This document shows, piece after piece, positions 31,597 through 45,117 of a DNA stretch of 64,000 nucleotides. Every line of letters starts with the position of its first letter. The first letter of the stretch is position 1. Source of the DNA: Escherichia coli O157:H7 (lineage in GTDB: Bacteria > Pseudomonadota > Gammaproteobacteria > Enterobacterales > Enterobacteriaceae); NCBI RefSeq assembly GCF_013167455.1, contig NZ_CP038328.1. One strand, given 5' to 3'. Below the pieces are notes generated by a model. That model was not told where the DNA came from. It saw nothing but the letters and a program-made list of their open reading frames with translations, and searched no databases. The position numbers and the translations under genes are program-made.

Positions 31597-32343
31597 ATGG
31601 AACAAGCGCATACCCAGCTGATTGCCCAACTGAACGAGCGTATTTTAGCGGCGGATAACACGCCGCTTTATATTAAGTTTGCCGAAACGGTAAAAAATGC
31701 CGTGCGCAGCGGGGTGCTGGAGCATGGCAATATTTTGCCCGGTGAGCGTGATTTAAGTCAGTTAACCGGCGTTTCACGCATTACGGTGCGCAAGGCGATG
31801 CAGGCGCTGGAAGAAGAGGGTGTGGTGACGCGTTCGCGCGGTTACGGCACGCAGATCAACAACATCTTCGAATACTCGTTGAAAGAAGCGCGAGGTTTTT
31901 CTCAGCAGGTGGTATTGCGCGGGAAAAAGCCCGATACGCTATGGGTTAACAAGCGTGTCGTGAAATGTCCCGAAGAAGTCGCGCAGCAGCTGGCGGTCGA
32001 AGCGGGAAGTGATGTCTTTTTGCTTAAGCGTATTCGCTATGTCGATGAAGAAGCGGTATCGATTGAGGAATCGTGGGTTCCGGCGCATTTAATTCATGAT
32101 GTTGATGCCATCGGAATTTCTCTTTATGACTATTTCCGCAGCCAGCACATTTACCCACAACGTACACGTTCCCGCGTTAGCGCCCGGATGCCAGATGCCG
32201 AGTTTCAGTCACATATTCAGTTAGATAGCAAAATACCGGTGCTGGTGATCAAGCAAGTGGCGCTTGACCAACAGCAACGGCCTATTGAGTACAGCATTAG
32301 CCACTGTCGCAGCGATCTATACGTTTTTGTGTGCGAGGAGTAG
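31597..32343 (+). CDS. yegW: GntR-family transcriptional regulator YegW
   Basis: 248-aa ORF with N-terminal wHTH (LPGERDLSQLTGVSRITVRKA) and UTRA-like C-terminus. Confidence 0.8.
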   Translation: MEQAHTQLIAQLNERILAADNTPLYIKFAETVKNAVRSGVLEHGNILPGERDLSQLTGVSRITVRKAMQALEEEGVVTRSRGYGTQINNIFEYSLKEARGFSQQVVLRGKKPDTLWVNKRVVKCPEEVAQQLAVEAGSDVFLLKRIRYVDEEAVSIEESWVPAHLIHDVDAIGISLYDYFRSQHIYPQRTRSRVSARMPDAEFQSHIQLDSKIPVLVIKQVALDQQQRPIEYSISHCRSDLYVFVCEE

Positions 32344-33282
32344 TTCCTCGCGCGTTGGCGCACAATCACCGCCCCGATGCCCGACAACCCACGACGCCAC
32401 TGCATTGCCCAGTAATACGGCATCCGCCAGTGGCAGACCAGAGGCCAACCCGGCAAGTACGCCACCTGCATGACTGTCGCCCGCCCCAATGGTGTCTACA
32501 ACTTGCGTGGGAAATGCCGGAATGCAGCCAGAAGCGTCGTTGCTGAAATACCATGCGCCCTCTTTATCGAGACGAATGATCAACGGCGTGGCAAATTTCT
32601 CCTGCCATTGCTTGCCAAGTGTTGTTATCTCTGCGGATAAAGCAAAACGTTCGGCGGCAATCTCAGCCTCCTGACGATTGAGCGACACTAAAGGTCGACA
32701 GGCCATGATCCGCGCCAGTAATGCCTCCGGGATATCGCCAATACGTGGGCCAAAATCGATAAACGGCGTCACGTCTTGCAGCTTTTCCAGCCATTCCACT
32801 AATAATTCGCCGCAGGGCGAGGCCAGTTGATAACCGGAAAAATAGAGCAGGCTGCCAGGCGCAACGGTTAATCGCGCCAGCCACTGGCGATTCCACTGAT
32901 TTTCCACACCGCTGAATGACATAAAAGTGCGTTCGCCATCCGGCTCAACCAGCGCCAGACACCAGCCGTTATCACCTTCGGCGTTATCGATCAGGCTGAT
33001 TAAGCCCTCTTTTGCCATCCGGTTGCGAATAATCTCCGCCCACACGCCCTGACCGAGCGGCAAGGCGTTACCCGCTTCGATGCCGAGGCGCTTTAACGCC
33101 ACGGCAATATTCAGTGCGCAGCCGCCAACGTTAACGCTCTGCTGTTTCAGTTCGATATCGCACCCACGCCAGGGGAGGGCATAAGCGTCGGCGATCACAT
33201 CAATGACTGCCGCGCCAATCACCATAACCGGCTGACGCGTGGTTAATTCAGGCAGCAGCGTGTGTAATCGAGCGCCGCTCAT
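32317..33282 (-). CDS. yegV: PfkB-family sugar/nucleoside kinase YegV
   Basis: 321-aa ORF with ribokinase-like motifs (GAGD, DTIGAGD). Confidence 0.8.
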   Translation of the reverse strand: MSGARLHTLLPELTTRQPVMVIGAAVIDVIADAYALPWRGCDIELKQQSVNVGGCALNIAVALKRLGIEAGNALPLGQGVWAEIIRNRMAKEGLISLIDNAEGDNGWCLALVEPDGERTFMSFSGVENQWNRQWLARLTVAPGSLLYFSGYQLASPCGELLVEWLEKLQDVTPFIDFGPRIGDIPEALLARIMACRPLVSLNRQEAEIAAERFALSAEITTLGKQWQEKFATPLIIRLDKEGAWYFSNDASGCIPAFPTQVVDTIGAGDSHAGGVLAGLASGLPLADAVLLGNAVASWVVGHRGGDCAPTREELLLAHKNV

Positions 33283-34283
33283 GCCGCCTCCCGTTGTTGA
33301 CGATATTTCGCCAGCGCTGTGGCATAGCGGTTGAAATCAAGCTGATTTACCGCATCCAACTCCGCCTTTAACGCAGGATCGATAGCGTTAATGCCATGCA
33401 ACGCGCCGCAGATTGCCGTCGCCATAGCACCGATGGTGTCTGTATCGCCGCCAAGGTTAGCGCACAGGACGGCGCAGCGATTCGGGTCGGTTTGTGCCAG
33501 TTCAACCAGCGCAATGGCGCACGGAACGGACTCAATAGTGCTGGTACCTGCGCCAACGACCTGGTAAAGCTGTTCGCTGGCGGATTCAGTGCCGTCGGCA
33601 TTGCGCACAATTTTCAGCGCAATCTCCAGCCGCGCTGCCAGTGAGGCGCTGAACGTGGTGGTGCGTTTTTGCTGTGCATGTCGCGCAATTGAAGGCAATG
33701 AATCAACAATCGCTGACCAGCTTTCTCCGTCAATAGCACGAGAAATCGCCCATGCGATGACTACCGCGCCCGCAACCGCCAGATCGGATTTATGGGTCGG
33801 GCTCGACGCCAGCGCCACATCATTAATAAAGGAATCAACATCACGCGCCGGAAGCAAACAACCTAATGGCGAGACGCGCATCGCTGCGCCGTTGGTCACG
33901 CCGTTGTTTTCCAGTTCAGCAACGGGTTTACCGTCGCGAATGGCGTTAAGCGCAATCTTCGAGGTCGGACCTAGTACGTTTTTGTTAAAGGCGTCGAAAC
34001 GCAGCGCCCAGTCGAGAATATTACGCCCAATCAGATTCGGGTCGATCTTGCCTTCACGTTCCAGTAACGCATCCGCCAGACACAGCGCCATCGAGGTATC
34101 GTCGGTGAATTCGGCGCGGTTAAAATAACAGGCCGCGTTGTTCTCCTTTGGTCCAGGCAGAAAACGGTCAATCCAGCCAAAGTGTGCTTTAACGCGGCTG
34201 CGTGGCCAAAGCTCGGAGGGCATCCCCATCGCATCCCCTAACGCCTGCCCATAAAGAGCACCGAGAATACGTTCTGTTTTCAT
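33279..34283 (-). CDS. yegU: ADP-ribosylglycohydrolase-family protein YegU
   Basis: 334-aa ORF; overlaps yegV start and yegT stop (operon yegTUV). Confidence 0.8.
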   Translation of the reverse strand: MKTERILGALYGQALGDAMGMPSELWPRSRVKAHFGWIDRFLPGPKENNAACYFNRAEFTDDTSMALCLADALLEREGKIDPNLIGRNILDWALRFDAFNKNVLGPTSKIALNAIRDGKPVAELENNGVTNGAAMRVSPLGCLLPARDVDSFINDVALASSPTHKSDLAVAGAVVIAWAISRAIDGESWSAIVDSLPSIARHAQQKRTTTFSASLAARLEIALKIVRNADGTESASEQLYQVVGAGTSTIESVPCAIALVELAQTDPNRCAVLCANLGGDTDTIGAMATAICGALHGINAIDPALKAELDAVNQLDFNRYATALAKYRQQREAA

Positions 34284-35557
34284 TTAACTTCCCCTTGTGT
34301 CAACGCAATATCGCGATCATCGACCTTGATAGCCGTAATTTCGTTGTCGGATTCGCGGAAAAAGATCATGAACAGCACGGCGATAATGGCAATCATCACC
34401 GCGCCAAAAGTCCACATCCCGGACCAGTTGAAAGTCAGTCCGTTTACCGGTTCCTGATAAGCGAACATCTTTTCCATCATCACACCGCCAAGACGATAGC
34501 CGAGCAAACTGCCGAAGCCCTGGCAGCAGAGCGTGATCAGTCCCTGCGCAGCGGTACGCATATGCACGGGGGCTTTTTTATCGACATAGATGTAAGCGGT
34601 AACGTAGTAAAAATCGTAACTTACGCCGTGCAGCAAAATGCCGAGGAACAGTAACGCGTAGGTGAAATATTCATCCGCACTACCGTAAATAAAGAAGCCA
34701 TAGCGGATCGCAGCGGTGACCAGACCAAGCAATAATACCTTTTTGATACCAAAGCGTTTGGTGAAAAACGGCAATGCCAGCATAAAGAATATTTCAGAGA
34801 ACTGGCCGAGCGTCATCCAGCCGGTGGCGTTTTTCATGCCAACTTCGGTCAGATAACCGTTGGCAAAGATGTAATAGAACGCCAGTGGCATCGCAAACAG
34901 GAATGAACAGAAGAAAAAGACGAGGAAGTTTTTATCGCGCAGCAGGATCAGCGCATCCAGGCCGAGCATGACTTTAATGTCCATTTTGCCGGTGCTTTTT
35001 GGCGGCGTGTCGGGCAGGAAAAACGCAAACACACCGAGCAGAGCAGAACTTCCGGCGGTAATCAGCAGCGGGATGTTAGTCGGTGAGATATCGGCATACC
35101 CCAGCATTTGCGGCAAGAAACCACATGCCAGACCAGAGGCAATCCAGCCGATAGTGCCCATCACACGAATGCGCGGGAAATCACGCTCCACATCCGGCAC
35201 GTTGGCAAAAGCGATGCTGTTAGTCAGCGCAATGGTCGGCATATAGGTTAGCGAGTAGGCCAGCAGTAACGGGAAGAACCCGGCAAAAGTGGTCTGTTGC
35301 GCAGCGAAATACATCAGCGCCGCACCAGTGAACATCAATACCGCCAGCACTTTCTGCGCCGAGAAAAAGCGGTCAGTGATGGAGCCAACCAGAATTGGCG
35401 ACAGGATCGCCGCAATGGCTGTGCAGGCATACGACCAGCCAATTTCTCCGGCACTAAAACCGCTTTTACTTAACCACAGCCACAATGGCACAAACCACGC
35501 GCCCCAGATAAACCATTCAACAAACATCATGAACGACAGCTTTGTTGTTGTTTTCAT
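34280..35557 (-). CDS. yegT: MFS nucleoside transporter YegT
   Basis: 425-aa polytopic membrane protein, NupG/XapB-like. Confidence 0.8.
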   Translation of the reverse strand: MKTTTKLSFMMFVEWFIWGAWFVPLWLWLSKSGFSAGEIGWSYACTAIAAILSPILVGSITDRFFSAQKVLAVLMFTGAALMYFAAQQTTFAGFFPLLLAYSLTYMPTIALTNSIAFANVPDVERDFPRIRVMGTIGWIASGLACGFLPQMLGYADISPTNIPLLITAGSSALLGVFAFFLPDTPPKSTGKMDIKVMLGLDALILLRDKNFLVFFFCSFLFAMPLAFYYIFANGYLTEVGMKNATGWMTLGQFSEIFFMLALPFFTKRFGIKKVLLLGLVTAAIRYGFFIYGSADEYFTYALLFLGILLHGVSYDFYYVTAYIYVDKKAPVHMRTAAQGLITLCCQGFGSLLGYRLGGVMMEKMFAYQEPVNGLTFNWSGMWTFGAVMIAIIAVLFMIFFRESDNEITAIKVDDRDIALTQGEVK

Positions 35558-35813
35558 CTTTTAATTCCTTCATGACAGGTAATGTAAGGTACGCGATGAC
35601 AATACCACTTAATAATACCTTTTAAATACCTTTGCGGTGAAAACTTGACCGCGCTAACATTTTTTCTGATGAATCGAGCCAACAGAAAACGCTGAAAAAA
35701 CATCCAAAAGATGGAAAAACTCGCCCGTAACGACCAGGATTATGATTGCCCGCAAAAGGCGGGCCAGGACAATCCATAGCCGATATCCAATCGGAATTTA
35801 CGGGAGCATAGTA

Positions 35814-36866
35814 ATGACAGATATTGCGCAGTTGCTTGGCAAAGACGCCGACAACCTTTTACAGCACCGTTGTATGACTATTCCTTCTGACCAGCTTTAT
35901 CTCCCCGGACATGACTACGTAGACCGCGTGATGATTGACAATAATCGCCCGCCAGCGGTGTTACGTAATATGCAGACGTTGTACAACACCGGGCGTCTGG
36001 CTGGCACAGGATATCTTTCTATTCTGCCGGTTGACCAGGGCGTTGAGCACTCTGCCGGAGCTTCATTTGCTGCTAACCCGCTCTACTTTGACCCGAAAAA
36101 CATTGTTGAACTGGCGATCGAAGCGGGCTGTAACTGTGTGGCATCAACTTACGGCGTGTTGGCGTCGGTATCGCGGCGCTATGCGCATCGCATTCCATTT
36201 CTCGTAAAACTTAATCACAACGAGACGCTAAGTTACCCGAATACCTACGATCAAACGCTGTATGCCAGCGTGGAGCAGGCCTTCAACATGGGCGCGGTGG
36301 CGGTTGGTGCGACTATCTATTTTGGCTCGGAAGAGTCACGTCGCCAGATTGAAGAAATTTCTGCGGCTTTTGAACGTGCGCACGAGCTGGGCATGGTGAC
36401 AGTGCTGTGGGCCTATTTGCGTAACTCCGCCTTTAAGAAAGATGGCGTTGATTACCATGTCTCCGCCGACCTGACTGGTCAGGCGAACCATCTGGCGGCA
36501 ACCATAGGTGCAGATATCGTCAAACAAAAAATGGCGGAAAATAACGGCGGCTATAAAGCAATTAATTACGGTTATACCGACGATCGCGTGTACAGCAAGT
36601 TAACCAGCGAAAACCCGATTGATCTGGTGCGTTATCAGTTAGCTAACTGCTATATGGGCCGGGCCGGGTTGATAAACTCCGGTGGTGCTGCAGGCGGTGA
36701 AACTGACCTCAGTGATGCAGTGCGTACTGCGGTTATCAACAAACGCGCTGGCGGAATGGGGCTGATTCTTGGACGTAAGGCGTTCAAGAAATCGATGGCT
36801 GACGGCGTGAAACTGATTAACGCCGTGCAGGACGTTTATCTCGATAGCAAAATTACTATCGCCTGA
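35814..36866 (+). CDS. fbaB: Fructose-bisphosphate aldolase class I
   Basis: Start [35 protein letters not shown] (ATG 35814, SD gggag); 350 aa. Confidence 0.9.
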
Positions 36867-36884
36867 TACGAACGGCACTACCCC

Positions 36885-37000
36885 GTAGGACGGATAAGGC
36901 GTTTACGCCGCATCCGGCAACCTATGCCTGATGCGACGCTGAAGCGTCTTATCATGCCTACGCAGCGCTGCCACATATGTTTACGCCGCATCCTGCATAA
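36885..37000. repeat. REP/BIME cluster downstream of fbaB
   Basis: Imperfect palindromes of the gccggatgcggcgtaaacgccttatcc type (ggataaggcgtttacgccgcatccggca; gcctgatgcgacgctgaagcgtcttatcatgcctac). Confidence 0.6.
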
Positions 37001-37020
37001 AACCACGCGCACTTTGTTGC

Positions 37021-37048
37021 GGCTTCCCTCCGGGAGGCCGTTTTTTTT
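37021..37048 (+). terminator. Intrinsic terminator after fbaB
   Basis: ggcttccctccgggaggcc hairpin followed by T8. Confidence 0.65.
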
Positions 37049-37110
37049 GCCTTTCATTCCTCTATTAATTTTCATATTGTCGTTTTTGTGATCGTTATCT
37101 CGACATTTAA

Positions 37111-39310
<2,200 letters not shown>

Positions 39311-39319
39311 GGACGGTAT

Positions 39320-39772
39320 ATGACTAACCTGTTTGTTCGTAGCGGAATTTCTTTTGTCGATCGTAGCGAAGTTTTAACCCATATCGGTAATGAGATGCTC
39401 GCCAAAGGTGTGGTTCATGATACCTGGCCACAGGCATTAATTGCCAGAGAAGCAGAATTCCCTACCGGGATAATGCTTGAGCAGCACGCCATTGCAATAC
39501 CGCATTGTGAGGCGATTCATGCTAAGTCGTCAGCCATTTATCTGTTAAGGCCAACAAATAAAGTTCATTTTCAGCAAGCGGATGATGATAATGACGTGGC
39601 GGTATCGTTGGTTATTGCGTTGATTGTGGAAAATCCGCAGCAGCAATTGAAACTTTTACGCTGTTTATTTGGCAAGTTACAACAGCCCGATATCGTTGAG
39701 ACACTAATCACTCTTCCTGAAACTCAGTTAAAGGAATACTTCACAAAGTATGTTTTAGATTCAGACGAATAA
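39320..39772 (+). CDS. gatA: Galactitol PTS enzyme IIA
   Basis: 150-aa ORF in gat operon order. Confidence 0.9.
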   Translation: MTNLFVRSGISFVDRSEVLTHIGNEMLAKGVVHDTWPQALIAREAEFPTGIMLEQHAIAIPHCEAIHAKSSAIYLLRPTNKVHFQQADDDNDVAVSLVIALIVENPQQQLKLLRCLFGKLQQPDIVETLITLPETQLKEYFTKYVLDSDE

Positions 39773-39802
39773 ATCCCTCTGTAACAATAAAAAGGACTAT
39801 TT

Positions 39803-40087
39803 ATGAAACGCAAGATTATTGTCGCTTGCGGAGGCGCGGTTGCGACCTCTACGATGGCGGCGGAAGAAATTAAAGAGTTGTGTCAGAGTCATAATATTCC
39901 TGTTGAATTAATCCAGTGTCGGGTTAATGAAATAGAAACCTATATGGATGGCGTGCATTTGATATGCACCACTGCCAGGGTGGATCGTAGTTTTGGCGAT
40001 ATTCCGTTAGTTCACGGCATGCCTTTTGTTTCTGGTGTCGGTATCGAAGCATTACAAAATAAAATTCTGACTATCTTACAGGGGTGA
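39803..40087 (+). CDS. gatB: Galactitol PTS enzyme IIB
   Basis: 94-aa ORF with N-terminal Cys ([11 protein letters not shown]). Confidence 0.9.
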
Positions 40088-40090
40088 CCT

Positions 40091-41446
40091 ATGTTTTCAG
40101 AAGTCATGCGTTATATTCTCGATCTCGGCCCTACGGTGATGTTGCCGATTGTCATCATTATTTTTTCTAAAATTTTAGGCATGAAGGCAGGCGATTGCTT
40201 TAAAGCGGGTCTGCATATCGGGATTGGCTTTGTTGGCATTGGCCTTGTGATTGGCTTAATGCTGGATTCCATTGGCCCGGCGGCGAAAGCGATGGCGGAA
40301 AATTTCGACCTGAATCTGCATGTGGTCGATGTCGGCTGGCCGGGCTCTTCACCAATGACCTGGGCGTCGCAAATTGCGCTGGTGGCGATTCCGATTGCGA
40401 TTCTGGTTAACGTGGCGATGTTACTGACCCGTATGACGCGGGTGGTAAATGTTGATATCTGGAATATCTGGCATATGACCTTCACCGGCGCGTTGCTGCA
40501 TCTGGCAACCGGTTCATGGATGATAGGGATGGCAGGTGTGGTAATTCACGCGGCGTTTGTTTATAAGCTCGGCGACTGGTTTGCCCGCGATACCCGAAAT
40601 TTCTTTGAGCTGGAAGGCATTGCTATTCCGCACGGTACGTCGGCGTATATGGGGCCGATTGCGGTGCTGGTCGATGCTATCATCGAGAAAATCCCAGGCG
40701 TTAACCGTATTAAATTTAGCGCCGACGATATTCAGCGCAAATTTGGCCCGTTTGGCGAGCCTGTCACCGTGGGTTTTGTGATGGGGCTGATTATCGGCAT
40801 CCTCGCGGGTTACGATGTCAAAGGTGTATTGCAGCTGGCGGTAAAAACGGCGGCGGTGATGCTGCTAATGCCACGGGTGATTAAACCCATCATGGATGGT
40901 TTAACGCCCATCGCTAAGCAGGCCCGTAGTCGTTTACAGGCGAAGTTCGGCGGTCAGGAGTTCCTGATTGGCCTGGATCCCGCATTACTGCTGGGGCATA
41001 CGGCGGTGGTATCGGCAAGCCTGATTTTTATTCCGCTCACCATTTTAATTGCTGTTTGTGTTCCTGGTAATCAGGTACTGCCGTTTGGCGATCTTGCCAC
41101 TATCGGCTTCTTCGTGGCGATGGCGGTCGCGGTGCATCGTGGAAATCTGTTCCGCACCTTAATCTCGGGTGTCATCATTATGAGCATCACCCTGTGGATC
41201 GCGACGCAAACTATTGGTTTGCACACCCAACTGGCGGCTAATGCTGGGGCGTTAAAAGCCGGGGGTATGGTGGCTTCAATGGATCAGGGCGGTTCTCCCA
41301 TTACCTGGTTACTGATTCAGGTTTTCTCCCCGCAAAATATTCCCGGTTTCATTATTATCGGCGCAATTTATCTTACCGGTATTTTCATGACCTGGCGTAG
41401 AGCGCGTGGCTTTATTAAACAAGAGAAAGTCGTTCTCGCAGAATAA
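40091..41446 (+). CDS. gatC: Galactitol PTS enzyme IIC
   Basis: 451-aa polytopic membrane protein. Confidence 0.9.
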   Translation: MFSEVMRYILDLGPTVMLPIVIIIFSKILGMKAGDCFKAGLHIGIGFVGIGLVIGLMLDSIGPAAKAMAENFDLNLHVVDVGWPGSSPMTWASQIALVAIPIAILVNVAMLLTRMTRVVNVDIWNIWHMTFTGALLHLATGSWMIGMAGVVIHAAFVYKLGDWFARDTRNFFELEGIAIPHGTSAYMGPIAVLVDAIIEKIPGVNRIKFSADDIQRKFGPFGEPVTVGFVMGLIIGILAGYDVKGVLQLAVKTAAVMLLMPRVIKPIMDGLTPIAKQARSRLQAKFGGQEFLIGLDPALLLGHTAVVSASLIFIPLTILIAVCVPGNQVLPFGDLATIGFFVAMAVAVHRGNLFRTLISGVIIMSITLWIATQTIGLHTQLAANAGALKAGGMVASMDQGGSPITWLLIQVFSPQNIPGFIIIGAIYLTGIFMTWRRARGFIKQEKVVLAE

Positions 41447-41493
41447 TTTTTACCTGAGGGGGAGGTTATCCCCCTTAACAATTAGGAGTTTTT

Positions 41494-42534
41494 ATGAAAT
41501 CAGTGGTGAATGATACTGATGGTATCGTGCGCGTTGCAGAAAGCGTCATTCCTGAAATTAAACATCAGGATGAGGTGCGGGTAAAAATTGCCAGCTCGGG
41601 CTTATGTGGTTCCGATTTACCCAGGATATTTAAAAATGGTGCACATTATTATCCAATAACGTTAGGCCATGAATTTAGCGGCTATATTGATGCGGTAGGA
41701 TCCGGTGTTGATGATTTACACCCTGGCGATGCGGTTGCCTGTGTGCCGTTATTACCCTGTTTTACTTGTCCAGAGTGTTTGAAAGGGTTTTATTCCCAGT
41801 GCGCAAAATATGATTTTATTGGCTCACGGCGTGATGGTGGATTTGCCGAATATATTGTCGTTAAGCGAAAAAATGTCTTTGCTCTACCCACGGATATGCC
41901 TATTGAGGATGGGGCTTTTATTGAGCCGATTACCGTTGGCCTGCATGCTTTTCATTTAGCGCAAGGTTGTGAGAATAAAAACGTTATTATTATTGGTGCC
42001 GGAACCATTGGCCTGCTGGCTATTCAGTGCGCTGTCGCGCTGGGAGCAAAGAGTGTGACGGCTATCGACATTAGCTCAGAAAAACTGGCACTGGCAAAAT
42101 CTTTCGGTGCGATGCAAACATTTAACAGTAGCGAAATGAGCGCGCCGCAAATGCAGAGCGTTTTACGCGAACTGCGCTTTAATCAGCTTATCCTCGAGAC
42201 GGCTGGCGTACCGCAAACTGTCGAACTGGCGGTAGAGATTGCCGGTCCTCATGCCCAACTGGCACTGGTGGGCACGTTGCATCAGGATCTGCATTTAACA
42301 TCGGCAACGTTTGGCAAAATATTGCGTAAAGAGCTGACGGTTATCGGCAGTTGGATGAACTACTCCAGCCCTTGGCCGGGGCAGGAGTGGGAAACGGCGA
42401 GCCGGTTGCTGACAGAACGTAAGTTAAGCCTGGAGCCATTAATCGCTCACCGTGGAAGCTTTGAAAGCTTCGCCCAGGCGGTGCGTGACATCGCTCGTAA
42501 TGCTATGCCGGGCAAAGTGTTGCTCATTCCCTGA
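41494..42534 (+). CDS. gatD: Galactitol-1-phosphate 5-dehydrogenase
   Basis: 346-aa Zn-dependent MDR-family dehydrogenase (GHEFSG; GAGTIGLL). Confidence 0.9.
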   Translation: MKSVVNDTDGIVRVAESVIPEIKHQDEVRVKIASSGLCGSDLPRIFKNGAHYYPITLGHEFSGYIDAVGSGVDDLHPGDAVACVPLLPCFTCPECLKGFYSQCAKYDFIGSRRDGGFAEYIVVKRKNVFALPTDMPIEDGAFIEPITVGLHAFHLAQGCENKNVIIIGAGTIGLLAIQCAVALGAKSVTAIDISSEKLALAKSFGAMQTFNSSEMSAPQMQSVLRELRFNQLILETAGVPQTVELAVEIAGPHAQLALVGTLHQDLHLTSATFGKILRKELTVIGSWMNYSSPWPGQEWETASRLLTERKLSLEPLIAHRGSFESFAQAVRDIARNAMPGKVLLIP

Positions 42535-42633
42535 AACCGCGGGCCAGCGTGATGCTGGCCCGGTATTGTGCAAAACAGATCATTCACCAATGGTCCCCCT
42601 TCGTTTACACTAGCCACAATTGAATATGGGTAA

Positions 42634-43413
42634 ATGACGATGAATTCATTCGAGCGAAGGAATAAGATCATCCAATTAGTGAATGAACAGGGAACCGTGC
42701 TTGTTCAGGATCTGGCGGGAGTATTTGCTGCCTCGGAAGCGACAATCCGTGCCGATTTGCGCTTTCTCGAACAAAAAGGCGTGGTTACGCGCTTTCATGG
42801 CGGTGCGGCGAAAATAATGTCTGGTAATAGTGAAACCGAGACCCAGGAAGTCGGGTTTAAAGAGCGATTTCAGCTTGCCAGCGCGCCAAAAAACAGAATA
42901 GCGCAGGCGGCAGTCAAAATGATCCACGAAGGGATGACCGTTATTCTCGACAGCGGAAGTACGACAATGCTTATCGCCGAAGGATTAATGACCGCCAAAA
43001 ATATCACGGTGATTACCAACAGTCTCCCGGCAGCGTTTGCCCTTTCCGAAAATAAAGACATTACTCTGGTCGTCTGTGGTGGCACGGTCCGCCATAAAAC
43101 GCGCTCGATGCATGGTTCCATTGCCGAGCGTTCATTGCAGGATATTAATGCCGATTTAATGTTTGTCGGTGCTGATGGTATTGATGCGGTTAATGGTATT
43201 ACGACCTTTAATGAAGGTTATTCGATTAGCGGGGCGATGGTCACCGCCGCAAATAAAGTGATTGCCGTTCTCGATTCATCGAAATTTAATCGTCGCGGTT
43301 TTAATCAGGTACTGCCAATCGAAAAAATTGACATTATTATTACCGATGATGCCGTGTCAGATGTGGATAAACTGGCATTGCAGAAGACACGGGTAAAATT
43401 AATTACGGTGTAG
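42634..43413 (+). CDS. gatR: DeoR-family repressor of the gat operon, apparently intact
   Basis: 259-aa uninterrupted ORF with N-terminal HTH and DeoR C-terminal domain; no IS element inside. Confidence 0.8.
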   Translation: MTMNSFERRNKIIQLVNEQGTVLVQDLAGVFAASEATIRADLRFLEQKGVVTRFHGGAAKIMSGNSETETQEVGFKERFQLASAPKNRIAQAAVKMIHEGMTVILDSGSTTMLIAEGLMTAKNITVITNSLPAAFALSENKDITLVVCGGTVRHKTRSMHGSIAERSLQDINADLMFVGADGIDAVNGITTFNEGYSISGAMVTAANKVIAVLDSSKFNRRGFNQVLPIEKIDIIITDDAVSDVDKLALQKTRVKLITV

Positions 43414-43425
43414 TATTGTTCTGTA

Positions 43426-43457
43426 TGCCGGATAAGGTGTTTACACCGCATCCGGCA
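43426..43457. repeat. REP element after gatR
   Basis: tgccggataaggtgtttacaccgcatccggca palindrome. Confidence 0.55.
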
Positions 43458-43494
43458 TTACGGATTCTCCCTGGTTCAAGAGAGAATAGTTTGA

Positions 43495-44394
43495 TTAACG
43501 CAATAATGGACAATCTGGTGGTAATCGACAACGCAACGCCGCCGGAAGTATTTCAATATGGAAGTTTTGCCCACTCAACGGTTCGCCATCAAGATTAAAA
43601 GTGATTTCGTGTGGGGCTTGTATATCAAACCACGACGAAGCGCCTTCGATAATATTCGGGTTATCTTCGTCAGATTTTAAGGTTGATACGAGAGCCGGAA
43701 GAATTTCATCGCCGGTAAAAATGCGCAGTTGCAGCAAGCCATCGTTAATTAACGCGTTCGGGCACAATTGTTGACCGCCACCGGCCTGACGCCCGTTACC
43801 AATACCAATGACCAGGGCGTCACCTTGCCAGTGAAAGTTTTCACCGCGGATTTCACAACGGTCCGGTTGCAGAGTATCCATGCGCATTAAGCCATGAATG
43901 ATGTAAGAGACGCCACCCAGCGCGGCTTTTAATTTTTCCGGCGTTTCTGTGGTAATACGCGTCCCAAATCCGCCTGTCGCCATATTAATAAAACAGGTTT
44001 GTTTGTTGACCTGCGCCATATCTATCGCAATGGCGTTACCGGCAATTGCCAGTTTCAGCGCCTTATCCAGTGCCTCAGGAATCCCTACACTGGTGGCAAA
44101 ATCATTGGCGGTTCCTAATGGCAAAATTCCCAGCGCGGGTATGTCATCCCCCTCACACTGAATCAACGCCGTAGAAACTTCATTAATGGTGCCATCGCCA
44201 CCACCGGCAATCACCGTTGCGACGCCCAACTTCCGGGCCTCCTCTACATATCGTGCGGCATCGCCTTTCTCCCAGGTGACCCGCACATGGATCGTCATTC
44301 CTTCCTCACGCAACAGCATAATTGCTTCGCGCAAGGGTAGATTGTCAGTACTTTTGCCATTAAGAATCAGTAAGCTGGCGGGAAATTCTGCCAT
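43495..44394 (-). CDS. yegS: Lipid kinase YegS (DAGK-like)
   Basis: 299-aa ORF with GGDGT motif. Confidence 0.85.
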   Translation of the reverse strand: MAEFPASLLILNGKSTDNLPLREAIMLLREEGMTIHVRVTWEKGDAARYVEEARKLGVATVIAGGGDGTINEVSTALIQCEGDDIPALGILPLGTANDFATSVGIPEALDKALKLAIAGNAIAIDMAQVNKQTCFINMATGGFGTRITTETPEKLKAALGGVSYIIHGLMRMDTLQPDRCEIRGENFHWQGDALVIGIGNGRQAGGGQQLCPNALINDGLLQLRIFTGDEILPALVSTLKSDEDNPNIIEGASSWFDIQAPHEITFNLDGEPLSGQNFHIEILPAALRCRLPPDCPLLR

Positions 44395-44799
44395 GATCGT
44401 ATGTGCCTTTATGATTGGTCTATAGATAGTGTAGAGCAGAAAAGAAAAGGTGGAGTCAGAACAGGATGAAAGTCGGAGGATAAATAGTCAGTTCAAGTAT
44501 GGAGGATTCAGTGGTTACCACCAGGAGCTTGCAATGGGGACAGCGAATACTAACGGCAGCCACCGATAAATTTCAAAAAAGAGCATATACCTAATATTCA
44601 ACTAAACAGTGGCTTCTTCAATATAATATATTAAAGCCTCCATGGAGTTACCCGGAAGGGCCTCCATGTCCGTAATTCCTACTTATGTAGGAAATGTTTT
44701 ACAGAACATTTATTATAATCCTATTCAATTATAATAATCATGCCATTATTATATTTAAACACTAGAGAGTGTCGTTGGTATTTAATGGGGGAAGGTGAG

Positions 44800-45117
44800 A
44801 TGAAAAAGATAGCTGCTATATCATTAATTAGTGTTTTTCTTATGTCTGGTTGTGCTGTGCATAATGATGAGACAAGTATCGGTAAATTTGGTCTTGCATA
44901 TAAAAGTAATATTCAGCGTAAACTCGATAACCAATACTACACCGAAGCCGAAGCTTCTTTAGCCAGGGGCAGAATATCTGGTGCAGAAAATATAGTAAAA
45001 AATGATGCAGCCCATTTCTGTGTTACTCAGGGCAAAAAAATGCAGATAGTTGACCTGAAGACAGAAGGTGCAGGATTACATGGCGTCGCTCGTCTGACAT
45101 TCAAATGTGGAGAGTGA
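44800..45117 (+). CDS. yegR: Small lipoprotein-like protein YegR
   Basis: Start MKKIAAISLISVFLMSGC (lipobox LMSGC) after SD aaggtgag; 105 aa. Confidence 0.7.
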   Translation: MKKIAAISLISVFLMSGCAVHNDETSIGKFGLAYKSNIQRKLDNQYYTEAEASLARGRISGAENIVKNDAAHFCVTQGKKMQIVDLKTEGAGLHGVARLTFKCGE

